From NCBI GenBank assembly GCA_028534125.1, contig CM052817.1:46068001-46132000 (forward strand): a DNA stretch of 64,000 nucleotides, in the 5' to 3' direction. Every line of letters starts with the position of its first letter. The stretch's first letter is position 1. Both the position numbers and the translations under genes were made by a program. Below, in pieces: positions 48,550 to 61,545 of this stretch. Below the pieces are notes generated by a model. That model did no database searches, was not told where the DNA came from, and was given only the letters and a program-made list of their open reading frames with translations. Source of the DNA: Lama glama. Lineage: Eukaryota.

Positions 48550-48741
48550 GTTGTAATGGCACTTGGTGCAGGGTGAGGGCTCAGTTAATGTTGGTTGAAT
48601 GAATTGAATGAATTAATAGATGTTTAGTAAACAAATCAAGAACATCCAGTTACCACCTGCATGTTGCAGTGACCAAGAGAACATTTGGATGAATTTATAT
48701 CATTTCTTAAAATAAATTTTTTTCACATAAAAAATCTGTAT

Positions 48742-48911
48742 GAGGGGAGGGTATCGATCAAGTGGTAGAGCTCAAGCCTAGCATGCACACACGGTCCTGG
48801 CTTCAATCCCCAGTACCTCCATTAAAAACAATAATAAATAAATAAAGCTAATTTCTTCCCCCCCCCAAAAAAAACCCCACAAAAACAATACCAGAAGCAA
48901 CAACAAAAAAG
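48742..48911 (+). mobile_element. tRNA-derived SINE (camelid vic-1-like)
   Basis: ggggagggtatcgatcaagtggtagagc...ggtcctggcttcaatccccagtacctcc plus A-rich tail with a C-run; flanks aaaatctgta / aaaactgta. Confidence 0.85.
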
Positions 48912-49269
48912 AAAACTGTACAGTGACTAGGTTAATATGATTGCCAAAGCTAAGTTAAAGAGACATTTGAAATGATACCAAGAATGAGAATTAACTGTAT
49001 CCAACATGGATCATTTGTGAGAATAGGGGCAGGGAGGCATTCTCTCCATCTGTTCATCACTCTTAATTCCTAGCACAATTTTATGTATGTTGGATGTTCT
49101 CAGTAAATAATACTATTTATTGTATACAGGCCCTGATATAAGAACAGAAATCCATTGCTTCCTACACTAAAAAAGCAAACAGTTTAGGTTTCCATTTGCT
49201 TTACAGTAAAAGGTACCTCTAGCTGGAAAGAATACCTTTAAGTTGTAAATATTATCATATAATTTAGAT

Positions 49270-49478
49270 AATACATATTGAGAGTTCATGCTCTAAGTAC
49301 TTTTTATATTTCATGTCATGTGATCTTCATAAAACCCTATAAGGAAGTGTTAGCATTCCCCTGTAACAGATGAGGAAATCGAGGGTTCATATAACTTACT
49401 GCAGATCATGTTTATTTGATGGAAGTATGATCCAAACCTAGGTCTTTCTGCCCCAAAGTCCACGCATTTAATCACTAT
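49270..49478 (-). mobile_element. MIR
   Basis: cttcataaaaccctataagg...acagatgaggaaatcgagg...ccaaagtccacgcatttaatcacta. Confidence 0.7.
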
Positions 49479-50104
49479 TACATGAAATGACTAGCATAGT
49501 ACTGGACAAGCAGTAGGGGTTCAAAAGTGTTTTTTAAATGGAAATTAGTTGCTCAATAAACCAAATGCTAATACCATAGTGTAAAAGAACCTAGAAATAA
49601 GTTGACTTCTGAGTTTATAATTCATAGAGCAGAGCAGACATGGGAAATAAGTCTAGAAGATCAAAATGGCCCATAAGCCTACAAGATGTTGACTGTTGAT
49701 GTAAGACTGAAAGACAAATGTGCTAATCTGAAGGGATATTTAAGATGGCTAAAGTTGGCTCTGTCCATTTGAACACATTTCCAGGAAGGGTTTTCTCTGG
49801 CCCAAGGAGTCTATCTCTTTTATTCTGGTAGCTGACACACCATTATTGAAAAAAATAGATATATTCATCTCATTCAGTCTAATGCCATTGCAACTTTCTG
49901 ATTAGAATGTGTCTTTAATTGTCCAAGGTCAGTACAGTCCAGGAGGATTCCCGTAACCAGACACATCAGCAGTCATAATTCTCATGGCAAATTACTAAAT
50001 TGATATCTGGATTTCTACCTCATTCTCTGCAAGTTTAGTTAGACTACCTCTGAAAGTCAGCTTTCTCCTTCAAGAATGGCCGTGATGGTGTTCTGAACCT
50101 GTAA

Positions 50105-50530
50105 ATCATTCATCCATCCATTCATTCATTCAACGCCTGTTACCTATTATGTATTATGTGTTACCTGCTATATCCTGAGAACTGTGATAGACTTTAGGGA
50201 TACCAAGATGAAAAAGATAACACTTTTAAACAGTTTACAGTGCAGAAATAGATACAAATGAGAAGCAGACCATTACAATGCATATAAGAAGTGGTGCGAT
50301 GCTAAGGAAAAGACATGCTACCACGAGATCTACGTAGTGTGGGAATATAGCCTAGACTTAGGAGACTTAGCAAGGCTTCCTGGGAGAAGTGACATCTGGA
50401 AAGAATGAGGTGGACTAGTTAGCTGCAGAGTAGATGATTGTGTATATAAGTTCACTGTGGGAATGGGGATAAGGGTGAGGAGAAGGCTAGTGTTCCAGGC
50501 AAAGGTAACAGCATTTGCAAAGGCCTGTGT
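50105..50530 (-). mobile_element. L2 fragment
   Basis: tcattcatccatccattcattcattcaac...aaggcttcctgggagaagtgacatctg...gttccaggcaaaggtaacagcatttgcaaaggcc. Confidence 0.7.
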
Positions 50531-51879
50531 CGAATAAGGACCCAGGGACTGGCTCCTGACAGAGCTCTTCCACTAGCTGGCTGGGCCAGTGTCAGCAGCC
50601 TTACAACCTTACAACGAAATAGATCAGCTAAGATATATTTGATGTTTTATCCTTATAACAGCAAGCACTCTTCTTCTGTGATCTCTTTCCTTTTACACGA
50701 GCTGCATAAACAGACAGGAAGCCAGTGCCCAGGCAGTCGGTGGCATGCTGCTGGATTTGATCCTTTATGACATCATCTTGCTTTGTTTCATCGTGTTTTG
50801 AGAAAGACTGTGGCACTGTTGCTGTGGCAGTTGTGTTAACCATGAGTCATTCCAGAGACCTTAACATATGTAGCATCCTTCATGCACTCAAGAGTTCTCA
50901 ATATATGCACTGTTTGCAAATGACATGTAGTTCAGGGATTTGGAGCCTACAGTTGGAAGCCTCTAATATAGTTCTGTAAAACTATATAGAAGGAATCAAA
51001 GAATGACTTTCACAGTGCAAGATGAAAAAACTTCAGGATTTCAACGTAAATAAAGGCGAATTTTAGTATAGAACAATATTGGAAATAGTACAAAATAGTA
51101 GAGAATATTGATATATGTTACACATGAAATCTTCTGTGTGTTATTTAATGTTGATCTGAGTTTTACTCAACACAAGGAATGTCAGTGGCGGGGTAGGATA
51201 ATGTGGGTGGGTTGCTGTGATGCCTCCTAAATCATTAACATGTCTCTTTGCAGCAACCATGTATTTGTTTTAAGAATATTTTCCCTTCAAATTCTTATAT
51301 ATTCAAGATGTCCAAAGCATATCTTAGAAAAAAACACATTCAACATGCTTTGTTTATGAGAGAGAAAAAAAAAACTTTTAAATATAAAACCAAAAAAAAA
51401 AAAAAAAAACTTCCTAGAACCGAGCCTTCTTAAATTCTTCTTGGTATGTCAATGAATAAAGAAAATTGACCAGATCACAGAATTTAAAACAAGCTGTTTC
51501 TTCATCTCATTGTTGAATTTTCAAATTAATTATTGGACATGGTTAAGTCAAATCAAGAGTGAAAGTCTGAATAAAATAATTTGGAAGGGTCTTCTGCTTC
51601 CACTCCACTTCCCCAGTGCCAGTTCTCAGATGTAACCCTTGGTGTCCACTTGTTTCTGGGCCTTCTGTTGTTCTTTATAATTTCATATAATGCAGTGGTA
51701 GCTCTATTCTTGACTGACCAGTTTTAGACATTGCTTCCTTTCTCCAGTGAAGAAAAAGAAATTTAATAACTACTACTGTCTCCCAATCTCATTAGTCCTC
51801 AATTTTTTTGTAACGTTGTAGTTGTAATTTTATCACTTGCCTTTATAACTTTGAACAACATACTTAAAACATTGTTTTG

Positions 51880-52056
51880 TAAACAACAAGTTTCTTCTGT
51901 ATAGCACAAGGAACTATATTCAATATCTTGTAGTAATCTACAATGGAAAAGAATATGAAAATGAATATCTATATACGTATGACTGAAACATTATGCTGTG
52001 TGCCAGAAATTGACATTATAAACTGACGTATTATACTTCAATAAAAACAAACAAAC
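51880..52056 (+). mobile_element. LINE-1 3' tip inserted in an older L1/HAL1-like remnant (about 51590-52800)
   Basis: tctgtatagcacaaggaactatattcaatatcttg...tatacttcaataaaaacaaacaaac; near-TSD aaacattgttttg / aaatattgtcttg. Confidence 0.85.
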
Positions 52057-53929
52057 AAATATTGTCTTGGATTTATTGACTTTTCATAGGGAATATTGAC
52101 TCTTTTCAAATGAAAAATAAAAACAAGTTCACTTTACTCCTTTTCACTTCTCTTTTTGCTTTTTCATTTCCTAGTCTCCTTCCAATGGTTACTACATTAA
52201 CCTTACCTTATAACTTTGAGGGCTTACGTTATTACTATAATCAGTGTCAGTTGGCTTTTTTATTAGATAATTTTAAGGTTGAAAATACATAGCACTTGTG
52301 GCATTCTAGAACTGAGTGATATATTGCATCTGTAGAGAAACAAATGTCATTTAAATTTTGTCACTCAAAGGAGAATCTTCCTAGCATCTCTGGCTATCTC
52401 AAGTGTCTTTACTTTCCTTCTCTTCTTGTGGGTTGTAGTCAGCAGCTACTCTTTCTTGAACCATATGTCATGCTCCTTCCTCTTCTCCCCATTTAGTTTT
52501 TTCTTTCCCCAGAGTATCTCCTCAGATAAACTTTCTGACATCGGGTGTGTGGGATGTTAGTGGTCCAAGTTCTTATCTATCTTAAAATGTATTTTCTTTT
52601 ACATTTTGCTGATAGTTGACTACAAATCAAATTCTAGTTTCAAAATAGTTCTGCTCCAAACCTTATAGTCACTGCTTCACTGCCTTCTAATGCTCAGCAT
52701 TGCTGCCGGCAGGTTCAGCGTCATCAGTCTGCCGCTCACTTCTTTCAGGATACCTCTCATTTGTCTCTGAGAAAGCTTTTAGGATTTTTCTCTTAGGACA
52801 TCTGGTTATGGATTTTAGTTATTGCTTTTAAATCAAAAAGAAAATTTGCATTTTCTTTTAATAGGAAATGTTAATACTTTCCTGTGTAAGTAAACTTAAC
52901 GTTTTCCAGCTGTAACTTGAACTGAATTTTTAGTGCAATAAGTAAAAAAGCTTAATAGTGCAGACAATGAAATGCAGGTCAGCATTTAAGTTCCTTGATG
53001 TATTTTTAAATGGGAAATGTGTGACGATGCATTTTTATCATCAAATATTTTATACAAACAAAAGCATATTTATGATATGTATGTAATGGTACAAGAGAAG
53101 TGTTAAAAAAGAGAGAATACTTGGTATTCATTTCCTAGTCTCAGTATAATTGACTGTCACGTTCATTATGTTAGGAAATCATTTGAAATAGATTTCTAAT
53201 CAGGCATGATGATTTTTTTCCCCAAATGTTTGTTATTTAAAGCATCGATCATCACATTACTGTCTTCCTCTACATGTTTCTTAATGCATTTCCATTACAG
53301 AGCTTTAATTTACTTCAAAAGAAACTCAGCCTAAGAGGAACTACGTGGGATACAAAGAAAGAGCCAGACTTGGCTTTCTATAAACATACCATGCACTATG
53401 TCTGAGTCATAAGCTTTTTGTTGACTGTTTACTTTCCCTGTTGTCAGCACGATAGCGCTCACACCAACAATCTGGAAGTGAGTTACACGCTATTCTTAAT
53501 TTATTACAATCAGCTCTTAGTAACTTGGGGACTCATTATGTACTCTGCGAACTGGTTTCTTTTCCTTATTGTGACCTGGAAAATGGTCTTGTGCTACAGC
53601 CCTAGAGCCTTTAAAACCAGAACTTTTATCACAATGTCAAAGTGATGAACAAAGAACATCAGAAAAGACAAAATTCAGACAAGTATGATACTTAACTCTG
53701 GTTAAAAGATTTAACCAATCTTCACAGAATTCTGCAGTAAACTCTTAAATTCTTTGACATTATCAGAGAGAAAGCTTAAGCTTTTGGCTAAGGTGTTGAT
53801 GGAGATGATAATTAGTCAAAAAAAAAAAAAAGGATTCCTTGACTCTTGAGGGAGATGATCTAACAATTAGGGGGGCTTACACTCTTTATTTTTCTTTAAT
53901 ACATACATTTATCTAAATAATACAGAATA

Positions 53930-54573
53930 TCACTAATCATCAAGGAAATGCAAATTGAAGTTGCAACCAGATATCACCTCACACCTGTTAAAATGGCTGG
54001 TATCAAAAAGACATGAGAAGTATTGTTGAGAATGTGGAGAAAAGGGAACGCTTTCACAGTGCTGCAGGAGACGTAAATTGGTATAACCATCAGGGAAAAT
54101 AGCATGGAGGTTCCTCAAAAAATTGAAAATAAAACTACATAATTTAACAATCCCATTTCTGGGTATATATCTGAAGGAAATAGAATCACTATTTCCAAGA
54201 GAAATCTGTACCCCATGTTCATTTCAGCATTACTCACCATAGCCAAGACATGGAAACAACTTAAGTGTCCACTGATGGATGAATGGATAAAGAAAACGTG
54301 AGATTTTATATATATATTATATATAATATAATATATAAAGTAGAATAAGTCAGAGAAAGACAAATACTGTACAATTTCACTTCTATATGAAATGTAAAAA
54401 GACAAACTCAAAAAGAAGCAGAGAGTAGAATGGTGGTTGCTGGGTTGAGGGGAATGGAAGAAATGGGAAGATGTTGGTCAAAGGGTACAAACTTTCAGTT
54501 ATAAGATGAACAAGTTCTGGGAGTCTAAGGTAAAACACAATGAATATTAAAAAAATTCAATAAAAATTCAATA
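53930..54573 (+). mobile_element. LINE-1 (L1MA-like) ORF2 end plus 3' UTR
   Basis: tcactaatcatcaaggaaatgcaaatt...ggatgaatggataaagaaa...gttggtcaaagggtacaaactttcagttataagatgaa; perfect 15-bp TSD aaataatacagaata at 53915-53929 and 54574-54588. Confidence 0.9.
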
Positions 54574-55099
54574 AAATAATACAGAATAATGAGATAAGTA
54601 TCAAATAATATGAACATTATTGAGTAGTGGATAAAAGCATGGATTTTGGAGTGACAGACTAGCTTCAAATCTTGGTACTTCTAATGGCTACATGTATGAC
54701 TTGGAAAGTTAATCTCTGATTGCCTCAATTTACTTGTCTACAAAATGGTAGTGTTATTGTGTCTTAACCGATTGTTGTGAAGGTTTACTAAAATAACCCA
54801 TGTAAAGCACAAGCTAATTGTAAGGACTCAAACATTTTTTCTTAAATGTTTTTCTTCTGCTTTTGCCTGAAATACATTTCCCACTCTTTGACTACCTTGT
54901 ATTAGCCTTCAATTTAGACAGTAATTCCTCTAACAAAACCTTCCACGACTTTTGCCCCCAAATCCAGGTTGCATGTTCTTTCTACGTATGCCCTAAGTAC
55001 CCTGTACTTCTCCCACCATACTGTGCCACATTGCAATTCCCTCTGGCTGCCACATGTTCCTAATTGCACTAAGATCTTGAGAAGAATGGTATAGTTCAT

Positions 55100-56338
55100 T
55101 AAAAACATTTTTTCATCCATACTTATACAGTCAACTGACTTTCCACCAAGGTGCCAAGTCAATTGAAGCAGGAAAGTATTTGTAATAAACATGACTGTAA
55201 CAACTGGATATCCATGTATCCATATGGAAACAAACTATGACTCCTAACTCATTACATAAAATTAATTCTAGACTCATCTTTGATCTAAATGTAAAACCCA
55301 GAGCCTTAAAACTTCTTGAATTGTTCTGTCTACTATGGTTGTCACTAGCTGTATCTATTTAAATTAAATAAAATTTAAAAATCATTTTCTCAGCCATAGT
55401 AGGCACATATAAATCCCTGAATAGCTTGATATGCCTAGAAGCCACAGTGTTGGATGGTGCATCTGAGGCAGAATGTTCAGTCATTGAAAGTTCTATTACA
55501 CTATGCTGTTCTAAAAAAAAAATGTATGAAAATATGTTTAAAACTTTGGTGTAGGCAAAGACTTTCTGGACAGGACATAAAAACATTAAACCATAAAAGA
55601 AAAAAATGATATTTTGGACTTCAAATTTTCTGAGTCTCAAAAGTCACTATTAAGAAACTGAATAGACAAGCCACAGACTAGAAAATGTATTTATCATACA
55701 TATATCTGATGAAGAGTTTGTATCTGTATTATATAAAGAATTCAGTCAAACTAACAATACAAAAATGAACAACCCAATAAAATAATAGGCAAAAACTTGA
55801 AAAGGCATTACACAAAGAATATGTGAATGAGAAAGTACTCAATATCATTAGTTGTCAAGGAAAAAAACTTCTCAATTATGACCTAGCAAATCCACTTCTA
55901 TATATTTGCTGAAGAGAGCTGAAGGTTGTTCAGAGCAATCATATTTATAATTGCCCCAACAGGAAACAACCCATGTCCATCAACAGAAGAATAGATATGC
56001 AAATGGTGGTATATTGGTGTAGTAGAAAAATACTCAACAACAAAGAAGAGAGATACATACAATAACATGGATGAACCTCAAAAGCATTTTATTAAGGGAG
56101 AGCAGCCAGACAAAAAAGCTTAAATATTGTACTGTTTCAATTTTATGAGGTCCAAGAATAGGCAAAATTAAGGTACAGGGGCATAATTCAGAAAGTAGAT
56201 ACATTAGGAGCAGGGGGAGGGGTGAATTGATTGGAAAATAGACTAAGGAACTTTCTGGGGCTAATAAAAACATTTTATATCTGGCTTTGGGTGATGGCGG
56301 CATGTATGTATTGTCCATGTCAAAAACTCATTAAACTG
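55100..56338 (+). mobile_element. Old LINE-1 (L1MB/MC-like) 3' portion with a nested MER
   Basis: ccaaggtgccaag...caactggatatccat...agacaagccacagactag...acatggatgaacctcaaaagcat. Confidence 0.8.
55321..55508. mobile_element. MER3-like hAT element nested in L1
   Basis: gtcactagc...tttaaattaaataaaatttaaaaatca...gaaagttctattacactatgctg; 8-bp flanks ttcttgaa / ttctaaaa; L1 sequence resumes on both sides. Confidence 0.7.
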
Positions 56339-58114
56339 AGGTCAGGGGTCCAGAGTGAGACTCCAGATAGATATGCAAAAAAGGACAGAAACTCAAGGTC
56401 TCAATAGAATGAACAAAAGTCTAATTACTGAAACTATATAAGCATATAGTCACCATAATCAGGGAGGGCTGGTGGAGGCACCAATAGTGACCTGAGAAGG
56501 ACCAACAGCAAACATGGCTTAATGTTGAACCACCAAACAGGTGGCCAAGGACACTTTAAATCCTGTCAGCCTCAATAGAAACCCAACTGGTCTTACTATA
56601 TTGTACAGGGATGGGGCTGTTATAAAGAGTATGTTTGAGAGCAATGACCCACCAGTTACATCAGGACTTCAATCTTAGATCTCACACTAAAATGGCTACA
56701 CTTACGCTAGAGGCACCTGCCGTGTTTAGGGAGCAGCTCTTCCTGCTCCACCTCTTCATTCCTGAGGGCTGAGTTAGGAGGAGGGAAGTTACTGTACTCC
56801 TTTCCAAAGTTTTCCATTTAAAACTAAATTTCACTTCTTTCTTCTTTCTTCTTTCTTCCTATCTCATCCTTTCCATATCCATCACCCTAACTTCTCCCTA
56901 ACCTTAGTTCAAGACATGAGTATTTCCTTAAAAAGTTACAAAGATAGCAAAAAAAAAAAAATATTGTTAAAGGTTGTTCAGCAAAGAACATAAAAAGCAA
57001 ATTGAGAGGGGCAGAAATTGCACGAAAGGTGGGTGATATCTGCAGTAAGAGAGAAACAAAATCTAAATTCATCTTGAGCCAGATATTTTGGCACAAGATG
57101 TAAATGGAGGAAAGGTGGCTCTCTGTTTAGCCTTATTTTCTGCAATAGGAGACATAGTTATATAAAACAAACCAAAAATATTTTTTAAAAATGACAATCC
57201 TGATGCCCAGAGCTTTACTAGATTTGTTTTCTTCCTTCTGTCCTTCCTTCCTTCCTTTCTCCCTCCCTCTTCTCTTCTTCCTTTTCCTTCATTTTTCCTT
57301 CTTCTTCTGATAATAAATTAAGACAAAGTTACAGGGAGAGAAGCATGTTCACAAACAGGCAGAAGAAACAAATTATCAACATTTTTTCCGTATTGCAAGA
57401 AATTCTATCATTGCTAAAGCCATCATGTTTAGACACTGTGTAATGTGGAGTAAGGAGTGGGGTCAGTGGTAATCGAGTTGGTTTCCTTTTTCACACATCA
57501 TCACCCTTTTGGGTCATCGTGGTATAGCAAAAAGCATTAGCTTTGGAATCAAAACTAGCTTTAGCTATATGATCTCAAACAGGCTATTCAAAACTCTTTT
57601 AACCTCAGTTTCCCCATATGGGTAAATGGGAATAACTAGGAATATTTTATAAGGTTGTTTTGAAAGCTGTGATTGCTCCTGATCCATGGTAGATACCAGT
57701 GAAAGTTAGTTCCCTCTGTGTCCTACTTCCTTGGATGATTTATGTCTTTCAGTTCTCCCCCGTGTAACCATTGTTTCCCTTATCATCAACAAAAAAGTAA
57801 GACAGATAGAAGTTGATCCCTGGTAATAGAAATAAAAACATCTTCTGTTTGTAAATTACTTCACAGTGTACAAATGTTTTCCCATGCATACATTAAGAGC
57901 ATCTAGAGAAAGAAATGAGAGAGTAAGATGAAAGAGAATCCCCAGGACCTATCCATCTTCTGGGTTCTGGCTCATAGAAGGACTAATCCGTATACTTACC
58001 CAGAATTTGCTGCTTCTGTTTGCTTCAGCTTTCACATGACCAGTTATATAGTTGCAACATCTAAGCTTCACTCATTGTTTTCATCTGTATAATTTATACC
58101 ACATATTTTGTTCC

Positions 58115-58500
58115 ATTCATTCTTATTTAATAAATTTTTACTTAATATAAATATATTTTAAAGCACCATGTGCCAGTTGCTTTTCTAGACATAAGAGTTA
58201 AGCAGTGAACTAGACATATGAGGTCCCTGTTCTCATTCTAATGTAGCAACACAGACAAACTAATCAATAAATAAAAATAATTCCAAATGTTGATAAGACT
58301 ATGAAGAAAATAAAATGAGTTAGAGAGGGCTGGGGTTACAGCAGCTACTATACATTGAGAGGGTTGAGGAAGTTCTCTGAGTATGCCTTTGAGCTGGGAT
58401 GAGTGATGAGGAAACAACATGCAAAGATTTAGGAGGACAATGTTCAAGGCAGAGGAAAAGCAAGAGCAAAATCCCTGAGGCTGGAGTTGTTTGAGGGCAT
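58115..58500 (-). mobile_element. L2 fragment
   Basis: cattcattc...aagcaccatgtgccag...cagtgaactagacatatgaggtccctgttctcat. Confidence 0.7.
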
Positions 58501-60719
58501 AACATGCTTTCCTAGGAGCCCTTAAAACCAAGCATGCAGTGGAACAAATAATCGTGTTGGAATTGTGTGTTCTATAAAGACGGTAGAGTTACAAGCCTGT
58601 CCAGTCGCCCATTCTCAACTGAATAAAATGGACTAAGATTTTTTTTTCAGTCTCCAAGTTAATAATCTATGCTCATTCACATCTACAAGGAGAACCAGGT
58701 TTCTTTGTCCCCAGAAGAGACTTGGTAAATTACTTGATAGAGTGAATTCTATTAAATTTTATTCTTTGACTTTTCCTACCATTTGAGGAAGTGTCCAGAG
58801 GAATGGAGGAGTTTTGTTCAGGTTCCCTCCCTGCTTTCACTCCCACTTCCTTTCTTTCTTTCTACAGAGGCAGTGTGACATCCTGGATAAGGAAATGATG
58901 TATATCTTCTACCACCCACTTAGAAATACTTTGGTACCATTGGCCATGATTGTTATTCTCTCATCCCCACCCCCATCTCTAGCCTTGCCTACCCAGCATG
59001 AGAACATGGAAACTCATTTTGGAATTTGTGAACTAAGTGGTCCCCAAAGTTAACCTTGCTTATCCTTAGGTGGTTATATTAAGGGTGAATTTTTCCATTG
59101 TGCAAAGCTGTGTTTTTTTGTAACATATATAAAAAGCTAGTTTTCTTATTTTTAAAGATGTGTCATCTCATAAAACTAGACAATATCACAAAACAATCTT
59201 GATTTTTTTTTCCCAGTGGTTACATCAGTCACTAGTCATTGCATGCTAAAAGGGGGGCCATTTTTCATTTGAGGTGGCCATGTAGCCTTGTTTTATACAG
59301 GTGTAGCTCATTTTGGCAAACAGTGTATGTTAAAATATTTGCTTACAAAAGATAAATGTTGGTAGTTGGGTAGGAATAACTCTTCATTTTCTTTATTTTA
59401 AAGCATTCCTCAGAGAACTATTTTCAGTAGCAAAGATGTCATAGTGCATTTAAAATAAATTCGATTCAGTCACAAATGTAAAGGACATCTCTCACACAGA
59501 GGGAATTAAACTGGCTGGATGTAACAAGGGCTTCGGATAAGGGAAACAGTTTGAAGAAGGATATGATATCACTCATCTCTTTAGGAAAGCATTTCTCTGT
59601 CTTAGAGTTAGAGCTCCAGGCAGAGGAAACAGGAAGGCGGGGAGAAAATGGACAGGTTCCAGAGGAGACAATGGGTCATGGAGAATGAATGAGTCAACTG
59701 GCATCAGAGGGCGTGTAGTGAGGGGATGGGGAAGACAGAAGAAAGGAAGCAGTGGGGCCTTTGAATGCCCTCACTCCCACACCCATATACACACACCAGG
59801 CTCCTGGGGTACATGAACAGTCTTCAGTGTCAGGACAGAGTGACTGTGTTCCCCAAGCAACCAAATCACTGCCAGAAACCAGCGTGGCTCTGGGGAAGAC
59901 TCTGACACACCAAAGTTAGAGAGATGATGAAAGAAGAAGAATCACTTAGATGAGCATTGTAATAGATGAGCATTGTAAATTGTCAGCATTTTGGGCTTCT
60001 ATTTAGAAAGGGTGGGAAGGAAATGAGAAACCACTTCTTGAAGAGAAGCAACACAAAGAAAGTATGTGGCTTTTAGTTAGTTATTTTAAGGTATCCCAGA
60101 GGTCTCTCTATGTTATCTGTGAGATAATTTAACATTTTTATTAATATTTTGTTAATATTTAATATTTTAAGGCAGAAGGGCCATCATTTATGTATATCTA
60201 CTTCTGCACCTCAGACCTCTAGCAGACATACTCAACCTTTGCCCAAGTCTTTTATCATATCTTGTTCATCATATTTACATTCCCAGCATTTAAAATTTCT
60301 TAAATTTATGTAACACTTTATATTCCAAGGATCTTAAAATTCTTCACAGAATTTTCTTACTTAATGCTTACACACTTTTAATTAAACAGATGGAAACACT
60401 ATGTAAATTCATATGCCATAGATAGTAATTAAACCTTATGTGCCCTCTTGAAACAAAGAAATGGACAAAATAAAAATAAGACTGTAGTCTTTCTCAAATT
60501 AATATTCTATTTTTTTGACTCTTTTTCTGAAGCAAACCCCAAAATTCTTGGAAATAAAAGTAAAGGACTTTCATTTGACCATCATACCCCTCCAAAACAA
60601 TCTATTAAACCATAAATGGGATTATTTTAGTCCTATAAATAGGAGCTCTTCCCATAAGAAGAAAAACTAACCACCCTCCAATTAGAAAAAATAAAAAAAG
60701 AACTTCATCATCAAAAGTG

Positions 60720-61320
60720 CCTGTGTGATTTGGCCTCTGCCTGCCTGTCCACACTAGGGTGGTAGCATACATCTTGGTTTAAAACTAATTGTCTTAAAGT
60801 CATTATTAAGAATGCATTCTGCTACTCTCAGAAATATTGCCTGATGATAAATTAGGTAGGTGGTCATTGAACTTCAATCTCATTTCTTTAAGCCTTCTCT
60901 TTCTCACTACATTTGAGCTACACTGGCCATCCAGAAATGTCTGAGGACAACGTTTCATGGGGAAGCTAACTCTTTCATGTCTTAGGAGCCAAGCCCAGGA
61001 CACCCTTCTGCCTCTATAAGTGGCTAACAGTTAGGCACCTTTCAAGTCTACTGACATATATCTACACACTCTTGTATAAATCTGTTAATCTCTTTTATTA
61101 TGTTCTTCATTGCACTAAATTTATAGTAATACATTTGCATATGTATTTATTTCTGTAGTATTTGTCATCTCCACAGGACTCTGAGGCAGACAGGACTGGT
61201 TCTGATTTGGTTCTCTATTGAGGCCTATAAGGGTCGCTATAAATATGGTTACCCAGTGCCTACCACAGTGCCTGGAACATAGTAGGCACTCAATGTATTT
61301 GTTCAATAAATAAAGGAATG
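60720..61320 (+). mobile_element. L2 3' end
   Basis: cccagtgcctaccacagtgcctggaacatagtaggcactcaatgtatttgttcaataaataaa. Confidence 0.8.
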
Positions 61321-61407
61321 ACAAAATCATAGCATGACCTCATGAAATCAGTTTTCAAGAATTCAATTAAAATCAGCCTCTATTGAACTGTAACTCTGTG
61401 TGAGACG

Positions 61408-61545
61408 GAGTGGTTCAAGGACCATCAGCATCAGTGGGTGATTAATATAAAGGCTGAACCTCGGGTCCAAACCTGCTGAATCACAATCTGCTATTTAACA
61501 AGATACCCAGGTGGTTCCAATTGTACACTGGGATCTGAATGCACT
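61408..61545. mobile_element. MER5-like element
   Basis: gtggttcaaggaccatcagcatca...acctgctgaatcacaatctgctatttaacaagatacccaggtggttc. Confidence 0.7.

Noticed and set aside
56340..56700. Possible old LTR fragment
   Set aside because: Only a vague resemblance; no termini or TSD I could support.
59947..59978. 16-bp tandem duplication tagatgagcattgtaa (also a 12-bp one near 20481-20504)
   Set aside because: Ordinary slippage events with no functional cue.
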